Of a stretch of DNA of 28,076 nt, positions 14,902-22,254 are shown one piece after another. The notes under the pieces are model-generated. The model was not told the origin of the DNA. It did not search any database and saw only the letters and a program-made list of their open reading frames with translations. Position 1 is the first letter of the stretch. Each line of letters opens with the position of its first letter. Origin of the DNA: Nitrososphaerota archaeon (GTDB lineage: Archaea > Thermoproteota > Nitrososphaeria_A > Caldarchaeales > Calditenuaceae); assembly GCA_038741355.1 (NCBI GenBank), contig JAVYLC010000019.1, positions 1-28,076 on the forward strand, given 5' to 3'. The translations under genes and the position numbers were made by a program.

Positions 14902-16518
14902 TTATCTGTTGTTTAACAGTCCCGGCTCTAGAGCTAGTAGCAGATATCTATAGCCATCGATTATTGCTGAGAGACTTGCCTCGATAATGTTGTTGGAGAC
15001 GCTGGTCGTTACCCAGCTCCTCTCCCTCCAAGTAAACTCTGTAAAGACCCTGACATATGCGGCGGTTCCCTCCTTACTGTCGACGACATGGACTTTGTAG
15101 TCTGTTAGGCTAACATCCTTTAGGGCTGGGAACCTGGACGAGATCCCGCTCCTGACCGCCTCGTCCAGCGCGTGCACCGGCCCCACCCCCTCACCCATCG
15201 CCGTAACTATGTCACCATTCACAGAAATGGTCACTATGGCTCTGGATATCTTCCTGCCTATGTTGACTGATTCGACCCACCAGTTCTTGACTTCGAAGAG
15301 TTCCCTGTACATGCCTATGTGCTTCAGAATGAGGAGTATTACGGTGGCCTCGGCAGGTTCCAAATGATATCCAAGCGACTCCATCCTCTTTACCTCCTCG
15401 GTCGCCGCCTTCAGCTCTTCCTTGGAGAGGTTTAGGCCTATGCGTCTGGCCAGATCCATGAGTGCCGACCTGCCTGCCTGCTCCGAGATGGAGAGGACTC
15501 TTTCGTTTCCGACCAACGAGGGGTCGATGTGCTCGTACGTTCTCGGCTGCTTGATTATGGCGTCTATGTGGACTCCTCCTTTATGGGCGAAGGCGTTTCT
15601 CCCGACGTAGGGGTGGTTGGGTGCGAGGTGGAATCCGGTCACGCCGGCTATGAACCTCGCAACCTCGGTAAGCTTCTTCAGCCTCTCGAAGTCGCCGTCC
15701 TTGAGCACTTTGAACCCCATTTTGAGTCTTAGGGCTGGTATAACCTGAGCTAGGTCTGCGTTGCCACACCTCTCCCCCAATCCGATGAATGTGCCTTGGA
15801 CATGACGTACACCAGCCTCCACGGCAGCTAGACTGTTTGCGGTGGCGCAGCCCGCGTCGTTATGAGCGTGTATCCCGAGGGCGGCGTTAATCTCGGACCT
15901 CACCTTCTTGACGATGCCTAGGAGCTCGGATGGTAGGGTCCCACCGTTCGTGTCACATAGAACCAGCGTCTCCGCCCCAGCCTCGACTGCAACTCTTAGG
16001 ACTGAGAGTGCATAGTCTGGAGAGTCCTTCCATCCGTCAAAAAAGTGCTCGGCGTCGAAGATCACCCTCATTCCATGGCCTCTGAGATAGTTTATCGTCT
16101 CCTCAATCATCTCTAGGTTCTCCTCGGGAGTGGTCCTCAAGACCTCCCTCACGTGGAGTAGCCAGCTCTTACCGAATACAACGGCGTAGGGGACATCCAC
16201 CTCGACTAGGCTTTGGAGAATTGGGTCTTGGTCAACCTTCGAGTTCTTATGTTTTGTGCTTCCGAAGACGGCTAGCTTGCTGTTGATGAGCGATATGTTC
16301 TTCACCGCCCTGTAGAACTCTGAGTCTTTGGGATTTGCACCGGGCCAGCCAGCCTCAATAATGTCTATGCCGAGTTCGTCAAGCTTCTCAGCTATTCTCA
16401 GCTTGTCCCTTAGGCTTAGAGATACGCCTCTAGTCTGGGCGCCGTCTCGGAGCGTAGTGTCGAGAAGCTCGACGTAATCGATTGAGACACCCCTTACCTC
16501 ATGCCACAAAGAGGCCAA
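14902..16518 (-). CDS. Citramalate / 2-isopropylmalate synthase family enzyme (CimA/LeuA-like)
   Basis: 538 aa with a TTG start. It has the DRE-TIM signature LLDTTLRDGAQ, the HAHNDAGCATANSLAAVEAG metal site, and a C-terminal LeuA-dimer-like regulatory domain. Confidence 0.85.
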   Translation of the reverse strand: MASLWHEVRGVSIDYVELLDTTLRDGAQTRGVSLSLRDKLRIAEKLDELGIDIIEAGWPGANPKDSEFYRAVKNISLINSKLAVFGSTKHKNSKVDQDPILQSLVEVDVPYAVVFGKSWLLHVREVLRTTPEENLEMIEETINYLRGHGMRVIFDAEHFFDGWKDSPDYALSVLRVAVEAGAETLVLCDTNGGTLPSELLGIVKKVRSEINAALGIHAHNDAGCATANSLAAVEAGVRHVQGTFIGLGERCGNADLAQVIPALRLKMGFKVLKDGDFERLKKLTEVARFIAGVTGFHLAPNHPYVGRNAFAHKGGVHIDAIIKQPRTYEHIDPSLVGNERVLSISEQAGRSALMDLARRIGLNLSKEELKAATEEVKRMESLGYHLEPAEATVILLILKHIGMYRELFEVKNWWVESVNIGRKISRAIVTISVNGDIVTAMGEGVGPVHALDEAVRSGISSRFPALKDVSLTDYKVHVVDSKEGTAAYVRVFTEFTWRERSWVTTSVSNNIIEASLSAIIDGYRYLLLALEPGLLNNR

Positions 16519-16628
16519 TATTTAAGTTATGCGCCCCAGCACATATTACTCCTCGCCAACCCCACATGTAAGTCCACACAGATATATTCAGTGAGGCCCC
16601 CACATACTTATATTACAACACCTGTTGT

Positions 16629-17672
16629 ATGGGCGTGGCACCCGTTAAAGTTGGGATAAATGGTATGGGGCGTATTGGAAGACTATTCCTCCGCGCCGCC
16701 ATCAAGGACCCACTCTATGGAGAGGCCTTCGAGGTTGTGGCGTTCAACGATATTGCGGACGCTAAGACAACTGCCCACCTGATCAAGTACGACTCTATCC
16801 ATGGCAGACTGAGCGAGGAGGTAAAGGCAACTGATACTGGAGGAATTAGGATTGGTAGTAGGGAGTTTGCCTACTTCTCTGTCTCTAAGCCCTCCGAGAT
16901 ACCGTGGGATAAGGTTGGCGTCGATGTGGTCGTTGAGTCGACAGGTCTATTCACTAAGAGGAAGGACGCCGCAGGCCACCTTGAGCATGGTGTTAAGAAG
17001 GTCATCATCTCTGCCCCCTCCAGCGATGCCGACGTAACGATAGTACCTGGCGTAAACGATCAAGCCCTAGACCTGTCAAAGCATGTTGTCGTCTCGGGGG
17101 CGTCCTGTACCACAAACTGCCTTGCACCAATGGTGAAGATACTACTCGATAACTTCGGACTGGTTAAAGGACTCATGACAACCATCCACGCGTACACCAA
17201 TGACCAGCGGCTCCTAGACCTCTATCACAGAGACCTGAGAAGGGCTAGGGCGGCTCCCACGTCGATAATCCCCACCACTACAGGTGCAGCCTCCGCCCTC
17301 CACCAGGTCATACCCGGAGTGAAGGGGAAGCTTCACGGCATTGCGTTGAGGGTCCCAGTGCCGAATGGATCACTCACCGACCTCTCAGCCGTTCTCGAGA
17401 GACCAGTAACGGTCAAGGAGGTCAACCAGGTGTTTAAGGAGGAGTCTATGGGTAGGATGAAGGGCATCCTAGAGTACACAGAGGACCCCATAGTCTCTAT
17501 CGACGTCATTGGTAATCCGCACTCATGCATCTTCGACGCTACCCAAACGCTTGTCTTGGGAGAGAAGAGTGACTTCGTCAAGGTCTTCGGATGGTATGAT
17601 AACGAGTGGGGATATAGCAACAGGCTCGTCGACCTTGTCTTGATGGTGTCGGGGCGTGGCAGGGCAAGGTGA
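16629..17672 (+). CDS. gap: Glyceraldehyde-3-phosphate dehydrogenase, class I (bacterial/eukaryal type)
   Basis: 347 aa. It has NGMGRIGR (Rossmann fold), the catalytic SGASCTTNCLAP and WYDNEWGYSNR. All three are class I signatures, not the archaeal class II enzyme. Confidence 0.9.
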   Translation: MGVAPVKVGINGMGRIGRLFLRAAIKDPLYGEAFEVVAFNDIADAKTTAHLIKYDSIHGRLSEEVKATDTGGIRIGSREFAYFSVSKPSEIPWDKVGVDVVVESTGLFTKRKDAAGHLEHGVKKVIISAPSSDADVTIVPGVNDQALDLSKHVVVSGASCTTNCLAPMVKILLDNFGLVKGLMTTIHAYTNDQRLLDLYHRDLRRARAAPTSIIPTTTGAASALHQVIPGVKGKLHGIALRVPVPNGSLTDLSAVLERPVTVKEVNQVFKEESMGRMKGILEYTEDPIVSIDVIGNPHSCIFDATQTLVLGEKSDFVKVFGWYDNEWGYSNRLVDLVLMVSGRGRAR

Positions 17673-18903
17673 AATCAAGTACAGGACACTAGACCAAGTA
17701 GACGTAGTTGGAAAGCGCGTAGCTCTCAGAGTAGACCTTAACTCCACACTCGACCCCCAGACAGGTAAGATACAGCTCAACGAGCGTTTCAGGGCCCACT
17801 CACTAACAGTCAAGGAGCTGTTGGATAGAGGTGCGAAACTCGTAGTCCTAGCCCATCAGGGTAGGCGCGGCGACCCAGACTTCACGTCCCTAAGCCAGCA
17901 CGCCGAGATACTCTCAAGCCTTGTGGGGAAAGAAGTGAGGTTTATTCCCGACGTCGTTGGGGCCGAGGCGATAAGCGCGATTAAGGGTCTCTCCAAGGGC
18001 GAGGCCATACTACTAGACAATGTGAGACGGCTAGAGGATGAGGACGTCGAGAAGACCCCTGAGGAGCATGCTAATAGCACACTGCCGCGGACGCTGGCCC
18101 CCCACCTCGACATCTTCGTCCTAGATGCATTTTCCGTAGCCCATCGCTCCCACTCCTCCATAGTCGGGCTCGCGGCGCTACTCCCAACCTACGCAGGCAG
18201 GGTGATGGAGAGGGAGCTCTCCGCCCTCAACAAGATGGTTGCACTAACCAGCAAGATCGTCTTCACCTTAGGGGGCAATAAGCCAGTAGAGTGTGTAAAG
18301 GTGCTTCAGCGCTTCTTGAAAGAGCGGCCGGACAGCATCCATGCAGTATTGACTGGAGGAATCTTGGGGCAGCTCTTCGCAAAGGCGCGTGGATACAACC
18401 TGGGCGGCCCAAGCGAGGAGTTCTTGGTAAAGAAGAAACACATGGAGCTCCTTAGAACAGTATCCGAGATTGACCAGAAGATTAGAGACCGTGTAGTTGC
18501 TCCGCTTGACTTCGCATACGCAGGTAAGGAAGTCTCTAGGATGGAGGTTCTGCGCGAAGGACTCCCATGCCCTGGAGAGATCCAGGACATAGGCTCAAAA
18601 ACCATACAGCATTACAGAGAAATAATCGAGGGACTCGAGCCGGACACAACAGTGATCGTCAAGGGGCCCATGGGGGTTTACGAGAAGCCGGAGTTCAGGA
18701 AAGGCACACAGGCAGTCTACATGGCTCTCGCAAAATCCCGCGCATCAACACTCATAGGCGGAGGAGACTCTGTCACAGCCATAGAGATCCTAGGTCTCAG
18801 ACCAAGCGACTTCACCTACGTGAGCCTCGGAGGAGGAGCCCTCATATCATTCCTCTCCGGAGAACCAATGCCGGGAATACAAGTGCTCGCTAAACAGAAA
18901 TAA
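17656..18903 (+). CDS. pgk: Phosphoglycerate kinase
   Basis: 415 aa with a GTG start that overlaps the gap 3' end by 17 nt. Motifs are RVDLNS, an AHQGR-like LAHQGRRG, and GGGDS near the C-terminus. Confidence 0.9.
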   Translation: MAGQGEIKYRTLDQVDVVGKRVALRVDLNSTLDPQTGKIQLNERFRAHSLTVKELLDRGAKLVVLAHQGRRGDPDFTSLSQHAEILSSLVGKEVRFIPDVVGAEAISAIKGLSKGEAILLDNVRRLEDEDVEKTPEEHANSTLPRTLAPHLDIFVLDAFSVAHRSHSSIVGLAALLPTYAGRVMERELSALNKMVALTSKIVFTLGGNKPVECVKVLQRFLKERPDSIHAVLTGGILGQLFAKARGYNLGGPSEEFLVKKKHMELLRTVSEIDQKIRDRVVAPLDFAYAGKEVSRMEVLREGLPCPGEIQDIGSKTIQHYREIIEGLEPDTTVIVKGPMGVYEKPEFRKGTQAVYMALAKSRASTLIGGGDSVTAIEILGLRPSDFTYVSLGGGALISFLSGEPMPGIQVLAKQK

Positions 18904-18924
18904 TCAGGGCCTAAGACACCACAC

Positions 18925-18934
18925 AATATTTATC
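18925..18934 (+). promoter_or_regulatory. TATA box candidate for the tRNA-like element
   Basis: AATATTTATC is centred about 30 nt upstream of 18960. Confidence 0.35.
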
Positions 18935-18959
18935 TGCGAAGACCCCTCTACGAAGCCTG

Positions 18960-19009
18960 GGGGCCGTGTCTAGTGGGGGTAGGCGCTGGCTTGAATCCGG
19001 CCTGCCCCA
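18960..19009 (+). other. 50-nt three-armed tRNA-like element (acceptor stem, D-arm and one further arm); tRNA pseudogene or minimal tRNA-like RNA
   Basis: GGGGCCG TG TCTA GTGGGGG TAGG C GCTGG CTTGAAT CCGGC CTGCCCC A. The acceptor stem has 6 of 7 pairs and the D stem 4 bp. There is a single 5-bp arm whose loop CTTGAAT fits neither a T-loop (no C56) nor a clean anticodon loop. The first 9 nt equal tRNA-Pro at 20458. Confidence 0.5.
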
Positions 19010-19050
19010 TATTTCTTATTGGGGAGGAAGGATTGAGGGATTGGTTAGTG
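19010..19050. repeat. tRNA-flank junction element, variant copy (overlaps the last codons of the HEG-like ORF)
   Basis: TATTTCTTATTGGGGAGGAAGGATTGAGGGATTGGTTAGTG is related to 5530-5556 and, more distantly, to the GGGAGGGATGGAGGTGGGTTGG part of the copies at 20534 and 21718. Confidence 0.6.
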
Positions 19051-19698
19051 GCTATCCCCCAGTAGTCCACGCCTTCTAAGATATTCTTCGAGGCGTTGTT
19101 GTTTTCGCTTTATAGTGAACCCTACTAGTTTATAGAATCTCAGCCTATCCCGCGCTTTAACATAGATGTAGTATACATTCTTTCTCTTTTTGTATATCTC
19201 CCCCCGGTTTTTATCGATTGGGGCTCCCTTCCTAATACATATTTTCGGCCCTGTCGTCTGTATTCCTAGAAGCTTCAGAAGTCTCTGAACATATTTGAGA
19301 AGCCTGATATCTGTATTGTAGCAGAAAATATCTCCATCTTTTTTATCTACATGGGCCTCACTATCGAAGAACCCTCTCAGAAAACTCCTCATACCGTCGT
19401 TGGAGTATTCTGTGAAGGGTCTTATTCTATCCAAGTTGAGGGGCTTCTGTAGTAATTCATATAAGGCCTTCGATGAAACACGCATTTTAAGCCTCCCATC
19501 TTCCACTGTTTTTGGCCTCGGCGGCCCCCTTCTAAGAACTCTCCCCAAGCATTCCGCGAACTCCTTTACGAAATCCATGTCCTTTACTTTGACTTCGATC
19601 CTATATTCTCCCCTTCTCCCAACCCTCTCTGGAAAACTCTTATAAAACCAATTTCTCACGGTGCTCCTCGACACGTCTATCTCTGCCTCCCTCAGCAT
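19045..19698 (-). CDS. LAGLIDADG-type homing-endonuclease-like protein, probably N-terminally degraded
   Basis: 217 aa. It reads ...DMDFVKEFAECLGRVL...SFLRGFFDSEAHVDKKDGDIFCYNTDIRLLKYVQRLLKLLGIQTTGP...FYKLVGFTIKRKQQRLEEYL. Only the second LAGLIDADG-like motif is present. The N-terminus begins inside an HTH-like segment (VSRSTVRNWF), with an in-frame TGA seven codons upstream of the ATG start (19720-19722). Recognisable out-of-frame HTH-like codons lie further upstream. Confidence 0.6.
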   Translation of the reverse strand: MLREAEIDVSRSTVRNWFYKSFPERVGRRGEYRIEVKVKDMDFVKEFAECLGRVLRRGPPRPKTVEDGRLKMRVSSKALYELLQKPLNLDRIRPFTEYSNDGMRSFLRGFFDSEAHVDKKDGDIFCYNTDIRLLKYVQRLLKLLGIQTTGPKICIRKGAPIDKNRGEIYKKRKNVYYIYVKARDRLRFYKLVGFTIKRKQQRLEEYLRRRGLLGDSH

Positions 19699-20457
19699 CT
19701 TCCAAACCTTTACATATCAAAGTCCTCTCTTAGCACCTAACTCACCGCCTCATAGGGCCGCCTATCTGTAAAGGCCTGCCACGACAGAGACGAATTCTCG
19801 AAGTAGAGGTATCTATACATATTACTACAGATGCAAAGGCCAGCAGAGTGTGAATATTTTAATGGAGAACTGTTCTACAAATTTATAAAGCTCTACCAAA
19901 CACAGCAAATATTAGACACTATGCAGAACACCAAGAGTCCAGTAACAATATGACAGAATACCAGAGATAATAGCCTACTCGAAAATCGGAGAGATAGAAC
20001 ACATAGTGGTGCCTAGTATACAAAATAATGAGTGGTAGAAGTAGTAAAAAGAGCTAAGACCTTTTTGGAGTGATATGGAGATGGATAAGCATGTTAAACG
20101 TGTGGTGAGTGTTTGATTAAACCGATTGGTGAAGTATATGGCTTAGACTTAATAAATCTTGTCCACCGACCTATGAAAATATTGACAGGTATCAGCCCAA
20201 ACAGAGAACGAGGGCGGATAAGGCGAAGGGTGTGGCCGAGTAGGTTGGAAAGATCTCGAGCTGCAAACTCGTATGCAGGATAACCGTCAGATACGAAGTC
20301 CTAGTCAAGACTGAGAACTTGAAGAAGCTGACAGACACGGTCTTACCCAACATATTCATGATAGACGGCGTTGAGAGAACCGAAACCGCAATAATCGGCT
20401 AACAATCCCTAAAGCTTGGGTTACATTTATTTTTTGCGTACCTGCTTGAAGCCTTAG

Positions 20458-20533
20458 GGGGCCGTGGTCGAGCATGGTCTAAGATGCCTGGCTTGGGCCC
20501 AGGAGGTCGTGGGTTCAAATCCCACCGGCCCCA
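20458..20533 (+). tRNA. tRNA-Pro (anticodon TGG), no intron
   Basis: GGGGCCG TG GTCG AGCATGGTCTA AGAT G CCTGG CTTGGGC CCAGG AGGTC GTGGG TTCAAAT CCCAC CGGCCCC A. Confidence 0.9.
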
Positions 20534-20534
20534 T

Positions 20535-20573
20535 ACCTTGTACATTATTATCGTGATCATGATGTGGTTGGGA
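20535..20573. repeat. Left arm of a perfect 39-bp inverted repeat (junction element core)
   Basis: ACCTTGTACATTATTATCGTGATCATGATGTGGTTGGGA begins 2 nt after the tRNA-Pro discriminator. Its exact reverse complement is at 21679-21717. Confidence 0.95.
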
Positions 20574-20600
20574 GGGATGGAGGTGGGTTGGCTGGGGGTT

Positions 20601-21309
20601 TTAGCGTCCAGTCCGCACCAAGTAGTCCACGAGCCTTTGCTGTTTTCTACCCACCATGAATCCTACGCGTTGTAGAACATCAGCCGAGAGCCAGCAGTAA
20701 TATATAACCCATATTCGTCCTTCTTAGTCCTATATGTTTTTCCCGTCCTCGGGTTTCTGAAGGCTGTTCCACGCCTTGAGTAGAGATGTGGTCCTGTAGT
20801 CTCTATCCCCAGAGAAGAGAGAAGTTGTTTGACGTATCTAAGCAGGGCTAAGTCGGTATTACAGACTGTTACTTCTCCGTCCTCATCCACGCTTCCTTCG
20901 CTGTCGAAGAAGCCCCTCAGGAAAGCCGATTTACATCGGTTAGAGTGTTCTAAAACTTTTTGATCTTCTCCAGCCTTAAAGGCTTCTTCAGCAGCTCGTA
21001 GAGGACCTTACTTTCTAGTTTGACGACGAATCGTCCTCCCGACGACCTAGGATCAGCAGGTTTAGGCGGTTCTCTCTTCAAGACTACTGCAATACGTCTG
21101 GAGAACTCCTGCATGTGAAAGCATTGCGTGAAGAAGCCCAAAGGCAACAACCTCATCCTATGGCTGCTCAGAACATCTGCTACACCCACAACTATCACGA
21201 CATCGACCCTGTATGCTGGCTTCAGCTTAAGCCACTTAGACACTCCTAGATCCTTCGCCAAGACAACCTCATCCCCTCCTCCATAACCCACTTCAAGAAC
21301 TCCCCACAA
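20601..21309 (-). pseudogene. LAGLIDADG-type homing-endonuclease-like pseudogene (at least 2 frameshifts)
   Basis: Three frame segments align to the 19045-19698 protein: ...EFSRRIAVVLKREPPKP...KVLYELLKKPLRLEKIKKF*, a shift near 20945, then LEHSNRCKSAFLRGFFDSEGSVDEDGEVTVCNTDLALLRYVKQLL...SRLMFYNA*, a 1-nt deletion near 20665, then VGFMVGRKQQRLVDYLVRTGR*. Confidence 0.8.
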
Positions 21310-21599
21310 AACATAGAGATCAAGGCTGATGGGTGTGAAGGAGAGGGGGATTTGGAGGAGGCATCTTGGGGTGAGGTTAAGGACTAGAAGGAGAAGATAC
21401 GGCCCTCAGACCTCGTCTAAATGTCCATGACATCCTCTCCCTCCCGCCCCTCTCCCCAGTAGGGTTGACCTGTTGAAGCATTTCAACCAGCTTAGAGAGC
21501 CTCTCATCGCTTATTATCTTCCGGAAGTCCTCTAGGTCCTGATACCCCCAAAGTATGAGGCCTCCCCCCTAGGGGTCCACCGGGTTTATCCCGACGACA

Positions 21600-21678
21600 A
21601 TTAAGAAAGAAAAAAGCAAAGACTGGAGAACCACCTCATATGGACTTGACGGCTAAAAATCCCCACCACCCCATCCCT
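21600..21678 (+). pseudogene. 3'-terminal remnant of a further HEG-like gene copy
   Basis: agaaaaaagcaaagactggagaaccacctcatatggacttgacggctaaaaatcccc aligns with agaaagaggcagaggctggaggactatctcacgaggactggacagctaaaaccccc (about 265-320, encoding ...RKRQRLEDYLTRTGQLKPP). No upstream gene body remains. Confidence 0.6.
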
Positions 21679-21717
21679 TCCCAACCACATCATGATCACG
21701 ATAATAATGTACAAGGT
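21679..21717. repeat. Right arm of the perfect 39-bp inverted repeat
   Basis: TCCCAACCACATCATGATCACGATAATAATGTACAAGGT is the exact reverse complement of 20535-20573. It ends 2 nt from the tRNA-Arg(TCG) discriminator. Confidence 0.95.
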
Positions 21718-21718
21718 C

Positions 21719-21819
21719 CGGGCCCGCTGGGATTTGAACCCAGGACCTCTGGCTCCGAAGGCCAGCGTTCCAGGAGCTATATTCTAAGTGTCTCTCTGTC
21801 CAGGCTGAGCTACGGGCCC
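21719..21819 (-). tRNA. tRNA-Arg (anticodon TCG) with a 26-nt intron in the D-arm
   Basis: The reverse complement is GGGCCCG TA GCTC AGCCTGGACA GAG[AGACACTTAGAATATAGCTCCTGGAA]C G CTGGC CTTCGGA GCCAG AGGTC CTGGG TTCAAAT CCCAG CGGGCCC G. The intron is at about 21768-21793, the same position as intron 1 of tRNA-Arg(CCT). Confidence 0.85.
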
Positions 21820-22254
21820 ATTCTCACATCTAATTAAAGTTTATTAAATATTTCGCTTCCCTAACATAGTTTAGGATTTCGGGGGTTGCGTGGTCGACCT
21901 CTACGTAGTTAGGGCGTGGTTATGGATCGTGTTGAGACGTTTACTTTACTTTAGTTCTCGTCATGGTGGGGAATTATTACGCGCCTTATGAAGTTCCAGG
22001 TTTATGCGATGAGGTGATTATAGAATAGAAATGTACGTGGAGAGAAATCTGTGTTTGTTATGCCGTGCTCCAGACTAAAAATCTTGAAGTAATAGCCTTC
22101 TTAGATGCCCAGCATTGTTTTTGAGAGCTTCTATAGCCGGTGCCAAGCTTATTAACACGACTGACAATAGGGTGGATATTGAAGAAGTCGTGGGTATAAT
22201 ATCATCTGATTTTATGCATACGGCTAGCTGTGTGTCGAGGTGGAGTTGGAAGCT

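Noticed and set aside
20216-20300. A possible tRNA-Cys (CTGCAAA loop) in the AT-rich spacer
   Set aside because: Only a 4-bp stem with a GCA-containing loop and a D-arm-like string are present. There is no acceptor stem, no D-stem closure and no T-arm. At best it is a very degraded relic.
20484-20675. ORFs 20484-20675 (plus strand) and 21640-21837 (plus strand)
   Set aside because: They run through tRNA-Pro, tRNA-Arg(TCG) and the junction repeats, and are artefacts of those sequences.
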